In this document: piece after piece, positions 9,912 to 21,717 of the stretch
How the letters are laid out: every line of letters starts with the position of its first letter
Position numbering within the stretch: the first letter of the stretch is position 1
Assembly: GCA_964016885.1 (NCBI GenBank)
Contig: OZ024748.1
Coordinates: forward strand, 248,001-312,000
From: Eledone cirrhosa
Taxonomy: Eukaryota
Direction of reading: 5' to 3'
Length of the DNA stretch: 64,000 nt
Made by a program: the position numbers and the translations under genes
Notes under the pieces: generated by a model
What the model was told of the DNA's origin: nothing
What the model saw: the letters and a program-made list of their open reading frames with translations, nothing else
Database searches by the model: none

Positions 9912-11911
9912 ACACTTGCTCGTTGTGGCTTCTGATGCAGACATCATGTCCGCCATCAGGTCCTTCCCAGCTAGCAGCTGCGGTGATGTTGATGGTCTCT
10001 GACCAGGCCTCCTCAAGGAGTTGACATCTCCCCTCTCCGCTGAGGCCGGGCGCCGCCTTCTGAGTGCAATTGTGGCGCTCACCAATAGGCTCATCCATGG
10101 CGCCCTGGACTCTTATGCTCGAGGCCTCTTTTTTTCAGCCAGCTTCACCGCTCTCAGGAAGAAAGAGGGTGGCATACGCCCCATTGCTGTGGGCAATGTC
10201 TTCCGGAGGCTGGCTGCCAAGGTAACCTGCAAGTCCGTAACACTCGGAACCGGCATCCAGGGACTCCAGCCACCTCATTGTCAAGTTTGACATGAGGAAT
10301 GCCTTCAACTCTTTACGCTGGGATCATCTGTTCGAGGCCTGCCTCAGCCGAGCCCCCTCTGCCTAGCTGTCATATGCAGCCCCGAGCATGCGACATGCTG
10401 CTGATACGGTCATACCCTTGGCTACTGGGATCCAACAGGGCAACCCTTTGGGACCCCTCCTGTTCACCCTTGGTATTGACCACATCGCCCGGAGTATAAC
10501 GGCCCCTCTCAACGTTTGGTATCTGGATGATGCTACTTTGGGTGGGCCCGTACAGGCGGTCTGCCATGACCTTCAATCGGTGGTTCCTGCCCTGGCGGGA
10601 ATCGACCTCCAGGTCAACTCAGCCAAGTCGGAGGTGGTGAATGTCAGCCTCGATGCTGCAAGCTTTGCAGTCTCCGTCTTGGACGTGCGGTCCATTCTCC
10701 GCCAGGTTCAGGTGACCCCCAAAGAGGATGCCCTCACCGATCCACCCGCCGGCCATCCGCTCCACCATCAAGTTCAGACTCTCACGAGCCGACTGGGCTT
10801 GATTGATGGCCACCCAGTTCTCTTTCTGCTGAGGAACTGCTACGCCATGCCGAAGCTCCTCTATACACTCTGTGCTACACCCAGACTTGTATCCGAGCAG
10901 CAGCCGATGAGATATGCAACTTTACCTATCAGGTATGGCGACCTTCGCCTCCAGTCCCCGATCTCACTAGCTTTGCCGGCGTATCTTTCGTCGGTAACCT
11001 CGTACCACGTCCATCTCAGCAGGGTTCTTCAAAACACAACAGAACCCTCTGTGTTCAGAGAACGCGTGGCCGCCTGTGAGACGTGGCACCGGCTGGGACT
11101 TAGCCCAGTAGACGTTCCTCCTCCTTCTCCCCCTGTTGACGTCAAGTCCCCCCAACACACTTGGGATGCCATCCAGTGCAGCCTGGCCTCAGACAGGCTC
11201 ACGTGCCAGCTCGACCAGCACCGCCTTGTTTGTTTTCGTGCGGCCTCCAAACCCCACAGTGGGGCCTGGCTCCATGCCCTGCCCTCCTTCTCCACTCGCA
11301 CGCAGCTAGACAACCATAGCTTGCGCATCGGCGTTTCCCTGAGGCTCGGCCTCACACCAATGTCGCTGCCGTTCCACCATGGACTCTTTCGGCCTCCACC
11401 CGCTTTCCTGTCGCCACAGTGCCAGCCGCAATCCACGCCATGCTGCCCTCAACGAAATCATTAAGCATGGCTTGGACGCTGCAGGCTTCCCTTCCCAGCT
11501 CCAGGGGACGGCAAAAGGCTAGATGGCATGACCATCTTCCCGTTCCGCGGTGGCAAACCCCTCGTCTGGGATGCCACTTGCACCGACACTTTCTGCAGCC
11601 GCAACCTGGTGCAGTCTGCGACTGGCCCAGGTTCTGCTGCACGTCAGGCTGAGAGGGCCAAACTCCTCACATATCGTTCACTCTCCGACAGGTTTGCGGT
11701 CGTACCCCTGGAAGTGGAGACTTCTGGTGTCCTCGACCCCAGGGCTACCTCCTTACTCACCACCATAGGCGCTGAGCTGGCCAGTCGCAGGTGTGAGCCC
11801 CGCGAGTTGGAGTGGCTTTTCCAGCGCGTCTCCCTTGCCGTGCTCCGGGGAAACGCCTTCTCCATTCTGTCCGCCGGGGCTGTGGGTGGGCCCCATCGCG
11901 TACCGTTATAG
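9912..11911 (+). mobile_element. CRE-like LINE relic, copy 2, alpha type
   Basis: ORF translations identical to copy 1. Confidence 0.88.
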
Positions 11912-13681
11912 TTGTTGAAGAAGAAACAGGGAGACAACAACTGGAATGTATACAAAACAACTAAATCTCTTAAATAACTTCACTTATATCCAAAATATGA
12001 TTTGTATATACATCAACAGTGACTCATTATTATACGCCAGTCACGACCCCACTGCAAAAACGATATCTATATAACAACCCCACCGTAAAACTACTCTTCC
12101 CCACTTTACAAACACTTTATATTATTTGTCATTAAGGTTTCTTAAAATAAATATATATACGTATGTGTAGTAATTAGTACGGAGACTGAGAGAGAAGGGG
12201 CGAGTGTGTCTTCATGGAGGGCACATGGGACCAGCAAAGCCCTAAAAGTAGAGACCAGTAAATGAGATAAGGTCCTAGCTATGTTAAGAATATAAATAAG
12301 AAACATGTTCTATACATTTAAGAAGACAAGAGAAACATGTTCTAAACATTTAAGAAATAATTATTTACCTCTTTCATGTCGGTAATATAGCGGTGTTATA
12401 AAACTAATTATAACGACCGGTGTTAAAATAGAGAGAGATAGACAGATAAATGTGTGTCACACTCTCACCCTCTCTTTAAATCTTTTACACTATCTTTACA
12501 TCTTTTACTCTATCTCCCTCTTATTTCTATCTGTGTACATATATATGTGTATGTATGTATCTGTCTATGTGTAACTCGGTGTACTGGAGCAATATGAGGT
12601 GAAGTGTCTTGCTCAAGAAGACATTTTGTGGAGTTATATCATCGTTTCTTGTTATAAAGCTACTTATACTACCGGCGTAACAGTGGCTATAGGTGATAGA
12701 TGTAGAAATAAAAGGCTGTAACAGCGATATAAATATAGATGAAATAGTTTACCACGAGACTAAGAATGAATGTTTAATGGAATTAAGTGTAATCTAATAG
12801 GAAATAAGAGGCTAGAGCAGCGAAATGTTTACGTAAAATAAAAGAACAACAAACAAGAGTGCAACATTGAAATTTTTGTTTTATTTTCTCGATATAAGCG
12901 TTATTTTATGCGCGATTTGCCTTGCTGCCGGCGTTGCTCAGTCAGTAGCAGCCCCGCTTACGAAGTTCAGGAGCCAACGACTTTACATGGTTCGAATCTC
13001 ACCCTCTCCGCTCTTGTCGAGTTATCTCCTACTCTTTTTACTTAGTTCCAGGTCATTTAAATAGAGCAAAGAGGTCGCGGCGATCGGCATATGCACTGGC
13101 TACAATGTTGAACTTTGGTACTGACTGCGTAGTTGAACGTTCCACATACCAACCGCCCAACTGGCCAGTCAACCGCAAATACGGCTGGCTGGCCGGTTGG
13201 GTAGTTGGCATATGTACTGACTGTCAAGTTGAACGTTCTAACCCTCTCTTTACATCTATTGCTCTATCTACCGCTTATTTCTCTCCCTCTCTTTACTTCT
13301 ATAACTCTATCTCCCACTCTCTTTACATCTATTACACAGTGTCTCCCTGTATATATACACGTATATATGCACTAGATTTTATAAGAAATCTACGTAATAA
13401 TATAATTAACAATAGTTGATGAATTAGACCAGAGTTAATTAAACAATAAATATGAATGAAATAGCAGTAGATGGCGAAACTTGAGTGTTGTGTGTGCATA
13501 CATATATATGAGGTAAACTGGTTCAAATACTGTCAGGATTATATTGGATCAAAGACTGTATTAAATAGAAAGTAAAAAATGAAGTGAAAATATAAAAACA
13601 AACTGAAAATTTCCCCATCCCTAGAAAAATTCATATCTTGTTATATATAGATAATTGGTGCTTTAAATTGAATAAATATTC

Positions 13682-13725
<44 letters not shown>

Positions 13726-14164
13726 GTACACTGATATATATGTGTGTGTATATATATATATATATGTATGTGTATATGTGTACATATGTATGTGTATATA
13801 TATACTAATATATATATATATATATCAACTTCATCATACGTCCGCTTTTCCATGCTTGCAAGGGTGGGGTGGGAGCTGATTCTGGATTGGTTTCTACAGC
13901 TGGGTGCCCTTCCTGACGCCAACCCAGTTTGCAGTGAGTGCTGGGTGCTTTTTTTTTTTCCGTGGCACCTCCACGTCAGCTTTACAGAGCGGGCTGGGTG
14001 CTTTTTTGCCGTGGCGCCTCCACGACCACTTTACGGTGGGGTGGTGGGGTGGTATGTGTATACCCAGCCCATTGTCATTTCCCACCCAGAAAAGTTCATA
14101 GCACCGTTCTTTACCCACGATGAATCTAGCAGACCCACCCCTCCACCTGGTCTCTTGAATACAA

Positions 14165-15288
14165 CAGTGGTTTCACTAAAATAAAAATTAAATTAAATTA
14201 AATTAAATTAATTATATTAGATAAATAGACATTGGGGTTCTCACCAAAGATTTTCAGTTATTTCTAAGAGATGTAAAAGGAAAATTAAAAAAAGATTAAT
14301 AGGATACATTAGACATGTCTCCAAGCAAGAATTGAACTTACAGACAAGGATCTCACCATCTCTGGTACTTCCCACTAAGCCACCAAGACTGCTACAAAGG
14401 TCTATTGAAAATTAATATTTATAAACCTACTTTCAAAATATAACTAATTTAATTAAAAATAAAATAAAATAAATAGACATTGGCGTTCTCACAAAACTTT
14501 TTCAGTTCTTTTTTCTAAGAAATGTCAAAGGAATATATATATATATATATTTTATTTTTAATTTTATTTTGAAAGTAGGTTTATAAATATTAAATTTCAG
14601 TACATCTTTGTATCAGTCTCGGTAGCTTAGTGGGAAGTACCAGAGATGGTGAGATCCTGTTCTGGGTGTTCAATCCTGGTCTGAGGGTTGAATTGGGGAC
14701 TCAGGTTCAATCCTGGTCCATGAGATACATGTAAGGTGTCATGTTAATCTTTTATAATTTTCTTTCTATATCTCTTTGAAAAAGAGAACCCCTATTTATT
14801 TAATTATATTGAATTTAATTTTTTATTTTAGTTAAATTGTCGAAAACACTGAAGATCTAAAGGTTGAGGAGACAATATGTCTATTTTATCTGTCTCCTCT
14901 AACTTTAGATCACCAGTGGTTTTGACAATTTAACTAAAGTAAAATAAAATAAAATAAATTAAATTATATTAGATAAATAGACATTGGGGTTCTCACCAAA
15001 GATTTTCAGTTTTTTCTGAGGAAAATTTAAAAAAAGATTAACAGGACACATTACAGCAATGATTGAACTCCCAGACCAGGATTGAACCTACAGACAAGGA
15101 CCTCACCATCTCTGGTACTTCCCACTAAGCCGCCAAGACTGCTACAACGGTCTGCTGATAATTAATATTTATAAACCTAATTTCAAAATAAAATTAATGT
15201 TATTAATTTTATTTAAAAATAAAATAAAATAAATAAACATTGGGGTTCTCACAAAACTTTTTCATTTTTTTTCTAAGAAATGTCAAAG

Positions 15289-15290
<2 letters not shown>
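14165..15290. repeat. Foldback structure: three ~300-380-bp arms oriented +,-,+ with a central hairpin at ~14845-14920 (also ~29900-31005, 39688-40813)
   Basis: Core CTCACCATCTCTGGTACTTCCCACTAAGC at ~14353 (+), ~14625-14653 (-), ~15102 (+). Centre CACTG-aa-GATCTAAAG-gtt-GAGGAGACA [16 nt] TGTCTCCTC-taa-CTTTAGATC-ac-CAGTG. Confidence 0.88.
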
Positions 15291-15322
<32 letters not shown>

Positions 15323-15326
<4 letters not shown>

Positions 15327-17243
15327 TCATCATCATCATCGTTTAACGTCCATATTCCACGCTTGCATGGGTTTGGACGGGAATTTTCCCACTTGAGGCA
15401 AGAGTGGTTGTCTTGCTCGCATAGGACTGTCTGGCGGGTTTTCTACAGCTGGATGCCCTTCCTAACACCAACCGCATTTACAGTGTGGGACTGGGAGGTT
15501 TTTACCGTGTTACCTACACGGCCACATTACTGCGTGGACTGTGTTTTTTTTTTTTGTCGTGACACCTACACGACCTCATTTGTTTCGGCCTGGATGTTGT
15601 GGCACCAACATAACTTTACATTGAAAGGGGCGGTGTGGATGGGGTGGGGGTGTATTTTGTTAGAGGTGCCTACTGACTGTAGTAGGTTTTACTTTGTATC
15701 TAGGTAAGGCGGGTCTTCTCTATTACTGAGTACCGCCAAAGATCTCGGTCCAGTGACATTGTCTTGGAGAGGTGTAAGTGTGTGAGGTCGGAATTTATCA
15801 AGTCGTCCCAGGTTTTTCTGGGTCTGCCTACTCCGTGGCTACCGTCTATCTTTATTGCCCTGCATTTTTTTTATACAGCTGTCGTCTTTCATCCGCATCA
15901 CGTGGACCATACCAACGTAGTCTTCTCTCGAGTACACAACATCTGATCCCTCTTATTTCTAATTTTTCCCTTAGTTCGTTTATGCTTTGCCGTTCACATA
16001 TATTACTATTACACATCCAGCGAAGCATGCAAGCTTCGTTCCTCTCTAGTCTGCGTATATCCTCTGCACACAATGCCCAGGTCTCACTGCCATGCAACAT
16101 TGCTGTTCATATGCAGGCATCATACAACCTGCCTTTCATTTTTAGGGAGAACCCTTTAGCGGCTAATAGTGGTATAAGCTCTCTGAACTTTTTCCATCCA
16201 GTTCTGACTCTAGCTACTGTACTTTCAGAGCACCCTCCCCCACTGCTGATTTTGTCACCCAGGTAACGGAAGCTGTCCACTATTTCTATAGAACCCTCTG
16301 CGCAATTGAAAGAGCTAGTATTTTGTGGGCACTTGCTGCTACTTATTGCACCAGAGCACCGGCCACATGTAAAATCTATGTTCTTAGTTAGCTTACCTGT
16401 GATCCCACTACATCTTTTATGAACCCATACTTTGCATTTGGGACATAAAATGGAGTTTCTACCTACGCCTTTCCTACACACTGAGCATGGCCATTTCCCG
16501 GAAGGGACCGGCGCCTTATTTTCTTTCCTACAAACTAGAACTTTAGTCTTAGCCAGGTTAATTTTAAGGCCTTCTGATTCTAGGCCTTGCTTCCATGTTT
16601 GGAATTTCTTCTCTAGCTCGGCCATCGATTCAGCTATGAGCGTTAGATCATCTGCGTATAGGAGTTCCCATGGGCAGCCGGTCTTGAACTCCACTGTTAT
16701 AGCCTGAAGGGCAATAATAAATAGTAGGGGGCTAAGGACGGAGCCCTGATGAACACCAACTTTTACGCTAAACTCTTCACTATATTCGTTGTTAATTCTA
16801 ACCTTGCTGACTGTTTCTTTATACATGGCTCGTATAGCTCTCACAAGCCATTCCTCAACACCTAGTTTTCTAAGAGCCCACCAGATAATGGAACGGGGGA
16901 CTCTGTCGAAGGCTTTCTCCAAGTCAACAAAAGCTAAGTATAGGGGTTTACTTTTAACTAGGTACTTCTCCTGTAGTTGTCGTACAATGAAAAGAGCGTC
17001 TGTGGTACTTTTACCTGACACAAACCCGAACTGCATTTCATCTAGATCAATTCTCTCTCTGATTAGTTGCGCTATTACTTTTTCCGTGACCTTCATGACC
17101 TGGTCGATTAATTTAATGCCTCTATAGTTACTCCTATCTAGGGCATCTCCTTTACCCTTGTAACAGTTAATGATGATGCTGCTACGCCAGTCCTTCAGAA
17201 CAACCCCATTCTGTATGACTTGGTTTACTATCCGGGTGACCAT
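15323..17243 (-). mobile_element. 5'-truncated RTE-clade LINE with PHD-like Cys/His insertion after the RT core (L copy 1)
   Basis: ORF 16107-17363: NYRGIKL, QFGF, DLEKAFD, GVHQGSVLSPLLF, LLYADD, WPCSVC...CPKC..WVHKRC...CGRC, FRYLG. C-terminus continues frameshifted (LHGSETW, RRLRWYG). 3' UTR ends GGACGTTAAAC(GAT)n. Confidence 0.93.
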
Positions 17244-18069
17244 TACGTGTATACATCTGAAAATGTATATATGTATGCAAAGATATAAGTAAACATACAT
17301 GTATACATATAGATGGACAGTTATGCATATACAATAACTTATTTCTATACATACATATACCACAAGTAAGGCATGGTGCTGCCAACTAACCAGACCTCCC
17401 TCATAATGGACCAGCTAGATCCCAAAATACAGGCCTGCTTGCCAACACACAGTCCCAATAAGTGTAAGTTACAGCGCAGCTATCTGGACAGACTTGTCTT
17501 AAGACTACACACTATCCCACTACATCTTTTGTATACTATATATATACTGTTTATATATATATATACTATATATATATATACTGTTTATATATATATATAC
17601 TATATATATATATACTGTTTATATATATATACACACATATAATTGTGTATTCACACATTATCTTAGTAATGAAATAATTAATAATTTTAGTAAATTGTTC
17701 AAAATTCTTCATTAACCCTTTTGGTAGAAACCCAGCCAAAATTAGTTCTCGTACTATGGAAATGGTTCCTATCTAAATTAAAGTCTTCCAACAAAATTCT
17801 ATATAACAACCATATGGTAAGTTACTATGTTAGTAATTAACTAACAATTGTGATAAATAGCTCAAAATTATTCATAATTAATTGAATTATAAGGTTCATA
17901 ATTATAATAAAATCTTCAAATAGGCTACGAAACCGGTAAACCTGAAAGGTACACAACACACACACATTGCTATAGCGTTTCACCAGCCCCTTCCTTCCTG
18001 AATTATTACAGAGATGTGTGTGTATGTAATAATTATTTGTATAATGTGTGTCTATTTATGAATATGTAT

Positions 18070-18806
18070 GAGTAGATGTGTGTGTGTGTATCACAGTAGA
18101 TGTGTATGTAACACAGTAGATGTGTATATGTAACAGAGTAGATGTGTGTTTGCATGTAACTCAGTATATGTGTATGTAACTCAGTAGATGTGTGTGTGTA
18201 ACACGGTAGATGTGTGTGTGTAACACGGTAGATGTGTGTGTGTAACACGGTAGATGTGTGTGTGTAACACGGTAGATGTGTGTATGTAACAGTAGATGTG
18301 TATGTATGTAACACAGTAGATGTGTATGTATGTAACACAGTAGATGTGTGTATGTAACACAGTACATGTGTGTGTATGTAACTCAGTAGATGTGTGTGTA
18401 TGTAACTCAGTAGATGTGTGTATGTAACACAGTAGATTGTGTGTATGTAACATAGAAGATGTGTGTAACACAGTAGATGTGTGTGTATGTAACACAGTAG
18501 ATCTGTGTGTATGTAACTCAGTAGATGTGTGTGTATGTAACACAGGTGTGTGTATGTAACACAGTAGATGTGTGTATGTAACATAGTAGATGTGTGTATG
18601 TAACACAGAAGATGTGTGTGTATGTAACACAGTAGATGTGTGTGTATGTAACTCAGTAGATGTGTGTGTATGTAACACAGTAGATGTGTGTGTAACACAG
18701 TAGATGTGTATGTAACGCAGTAGATGTGTGTGTATATAACCCAGTTGATGTGTGTGTATGTAACACAGTAGATGTGTGTATGTAACATAGTATATGTGTA
18801 TGTAAC
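18070..18806. repeat. Minisatellite, ~20-24-bp unit GTAACACAGTAGATGTGTGTGTAT (also 33780-34516, 43587-44299)
   Basis: About 30 tandem copies with variable (TG)n; the third array is 24 bp shorter (overlapping ORF 260 vs 268 aa). Confidence 0.95.
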
Positions 18807-19741
18807 TAAAGTGTAACGTACGTTACAAATGGACGACAAAATGATTTTAACTTGTTTTTTAACAATTGATGGTGGAAAAGATTTTAAATTGTCTTAACTC
18901 AGACCATAAAGGGCCGCAACACATGGAGTCTGACACTCTTACCGGCTACATAGCCTGGGCGTCTATTTTACCGCGACCGGCTACATAGCATCTTCCTAAA
19001 ATCTTCCAACATAATTTTATACAAGAACCACATGTTAAGTTACTAATAAAATAATTAATAAATAAAAACATTAGTAAGTCCTTCAAATGATATCTCAGTA
19101 ATGAAATAATTAATAATTGTTATAAATACCTCAAAATTTCTCATTAATTAAACCTCATTAATTAATTAAGCCGCTGAAAAGTGCAACAGATGCCCTCTTC
19201 TTAGTGAGACAACTACAAAAGAGGTTCTTAGAGAAAAATAAGCCACTATACTTAGCTTTGGACATAGAGAAGGCTTTTGATAGAGAACTCTTATAAATGA
19301 CAACATATATATATGTGTGTGTATATATATGTTTTTTTTAAAACTATATATTTATTACTCCCTTAAGCAGAAGAAATATATTCCCAGATATCGAAGATTA
19401 CCACAATAACTAGGGAGCGGAAATCAATAGATGCTGGACATTGCTGCTGAGGGTAGGATGACCTGATGAGCTGGCTCCTGTGGTGGATACCTAAACATAG
19501 TAAGACCCTAGTGGGATGACTGAGGTTCACCTACATACATCAGATGTCTCTGGATCTCCAGCTGGAGATTAATGATCTCAGGAATGCCATGAAAAATCGT
19601 GACATCTAAAAAAGAAGAGTAGAATTGTTCTGGCCAATCCACCTGACCTAATAAACAATAATAATATTAATATATATTGATGAAAATTAATTATGGTGAA
19701 ATATCTTAGAAATCATTCTCAGAGGTTTTGTATTGTAATCC

Positions 19742-21717
19742 ACACTTGCTCCTTGTGGCTTCTGATGCAGACATCATGTCCGCCATCAGGTCCTTCCCAG
19801 CTAGCAGCTGCGGAGATGTTGATGGTCTCTGACCAGGCCTCCTCAAGGAGTTGATATCTCCCCTCTCCGCTGAGGCCGGGCGCCGCCTTCTGAGTGCAAT
19901 TGTGGCGCTCACCAATAGGCTCATCCATGGCGCCCTGGACTCTTATGCTCGAGGCCTCTTTTTTTCGGCCAGCCTCACCGCTCGCAGGAAGAAAGAGGAT
20001 GGCATACGCCCCATTGCTGTGGGCAATGTCTTCCGGAGGCTGGCTGCCAAGGTAATCTGCAAGTCCGTAACACTCGGAACCGGCATCCAGGGCCTCCAGC
20101 CACCTCATTGTCAAGTTTGACATGAGGAATGCCTTCAACTCTTTACGCTGGGATCATCTGCTCGAGGCCTGCCTCAGCCGAGCCCCCTCTGCCTACCTGT
20201 CATATGGAGCCCCAAGCATGCGCCATGCTGCTGATACGGTCATACCCTTGGCTACTGGGATCCAACAGGGCAACCCTTTGGGACCCCTCCTGTTCACCCT
20301 TGGTATTGACCACATCGCCTGGAGTATAACGGCCCCTCTCAACGTTTGGTATCTGGATGATGCTACTTTGGGTGGGCCCGTACAGGCGGTCTGCCATGAC
20401 CTTCAATCGGTGGTTCCTGCCCTGGCGGGAATCGACCTCCAGGTCAACTCAGCCAAGTCGGAGGTGGTGAATGTCAGCCTCGATGCTGCAAGCTTTGCAG
20501 TCTCCGTCTTGGACGTGCGGTCCATTCTCCGCCAGGTTCAGGTGACCCCCCAAAGAGGATGCCCTCACCGATCCACCCGCCGGCCATCCGCTCCTCCATC
20601 AAGTCCAGACTCTCACGAGCCGACTGGGCTTGATTGATGGCCACCCAGTTCTCTTTCTGCTGAGGAACTGCTACGCCATGCCGAAGCTCCTCTATACACT
20701 CTGTGCTACACCTAAACTTGTATCCGAGCAGCAGCCGATGAGATATGCAACTTTACCTGTCAGGTATGGCGGCCTTCGCCTCCAGTCCCCGATCTCACTA
20801 GCTTTGCCGGCATATCTTTCGTCGGTAACCTCGTACCACGTCCTCTTCAGCAGGGTTCTTCAAAACACAACAGAACCCTCTGTGTTCAGAGAACGCGTGG
20901 CCGCCTGTGAGACGTGGGACCGGCTGGGACTTAGCCCAGTAGACGTTCCTCCTCCTTCTCCCCCTGTTGACGTCAAGTCCCCCCCAACACACTTGGGATG
21001 CCATCCAGTGCAGCCTGGCCTCAGACAGGCTCACGTGCCAGCTCGACCAGCACCGCCTTGTTTGTTTTCGTGCAGCCTCCAAACCCCACAGTGGGGCCTG
21101 GCTCCATGCCCTGCCCTCCTTCTCCACTCGCACGCAGCTAGACAACAATAGCTTGCGCATCGGCGTTTCCCTGAGGCTCGGCCTCACACCAATGTCGCTG
21201 CCGTTCCACCATGGACTCTTTCGGCCTCCACCCGCAATCCACGCCATGCTGCCCTCAACGAAGTCATTAAGCATGGCTTGGACGCTGCAGGCTTCCCTTC
21301 CCAGCTCGAGGGGACGGCAAAAGGCTAGATGGCATGACCATCTTCCCGTTCCGCGGTGGCAAACCCCTCGTCTGGGATGCCACTTGCACCGACACTTTCT
21401 GCAGCCGCAACCTGGTGCAGTCTGCGACTGGCCCAGGTTCTGCTGCACGTCAGGCTGAGGGGGCCAAACTCCTCACATATCGTTCACTCTCCGACAGGTT
21501 TGCGGTCGTACCCCTGGAAGTGGAGACTTCTGGTGTCCTCGGCCCCAGGGCTACCTCCTTACTCACCACCATAGGCGCTGAGCTGGCCAGCCGCAGGTGT
21601 GAGCCCCGCGAGTTGGAGTGGCTTTACCAGCGCGTCTCCCTTGCCGTGCTCCGGGGAAACGCCTTCTCCATTCTGTCCGCCGGGGCTGTGGGTGGGTCCC
21701 ATCGCGTACCGTTATGA
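19742..21717 (+). mobile_element. CRE-like LINE relic, copy 3, beta type
   Basis: Same motifs. Beta diagnostics GCCTACCTG (no stop), GAGGAT, short 3' flank TTATGAATG. Private 26-bp deletion in the zinc finger. Confidence 0.88.

Larger units (their letters stand above)
14167..19169. repeat. L module copy 1 (5.0 kb; replaces the 1.16-kb S-specific segment 2204-3367)
   Basis: Left junction TTGAATACAACA|GTGGTT vs S TTGAATACAACA|AACATC; right junction TTAATTAA|GCCGCTGAAAAG vs S TTTTGT|GCCGCTGAAAAG. Confidence 0.93.

Noticed and set aside
17360-17530. Possible host exon in the L module (GTAAG donor-like sites)
   Set aside because: No convincing acceptor, partner exons or recognisable peptide; cannot be supported without RNA data.
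18033-18839. 268-aa His/Thr-rich repetitive ORF, or CRISPR-like repeat array
   Set aside because: It is a minisatellite: units abut with only (TG)n length variation, no unique spacers, no cas genes, eukaryotic context.
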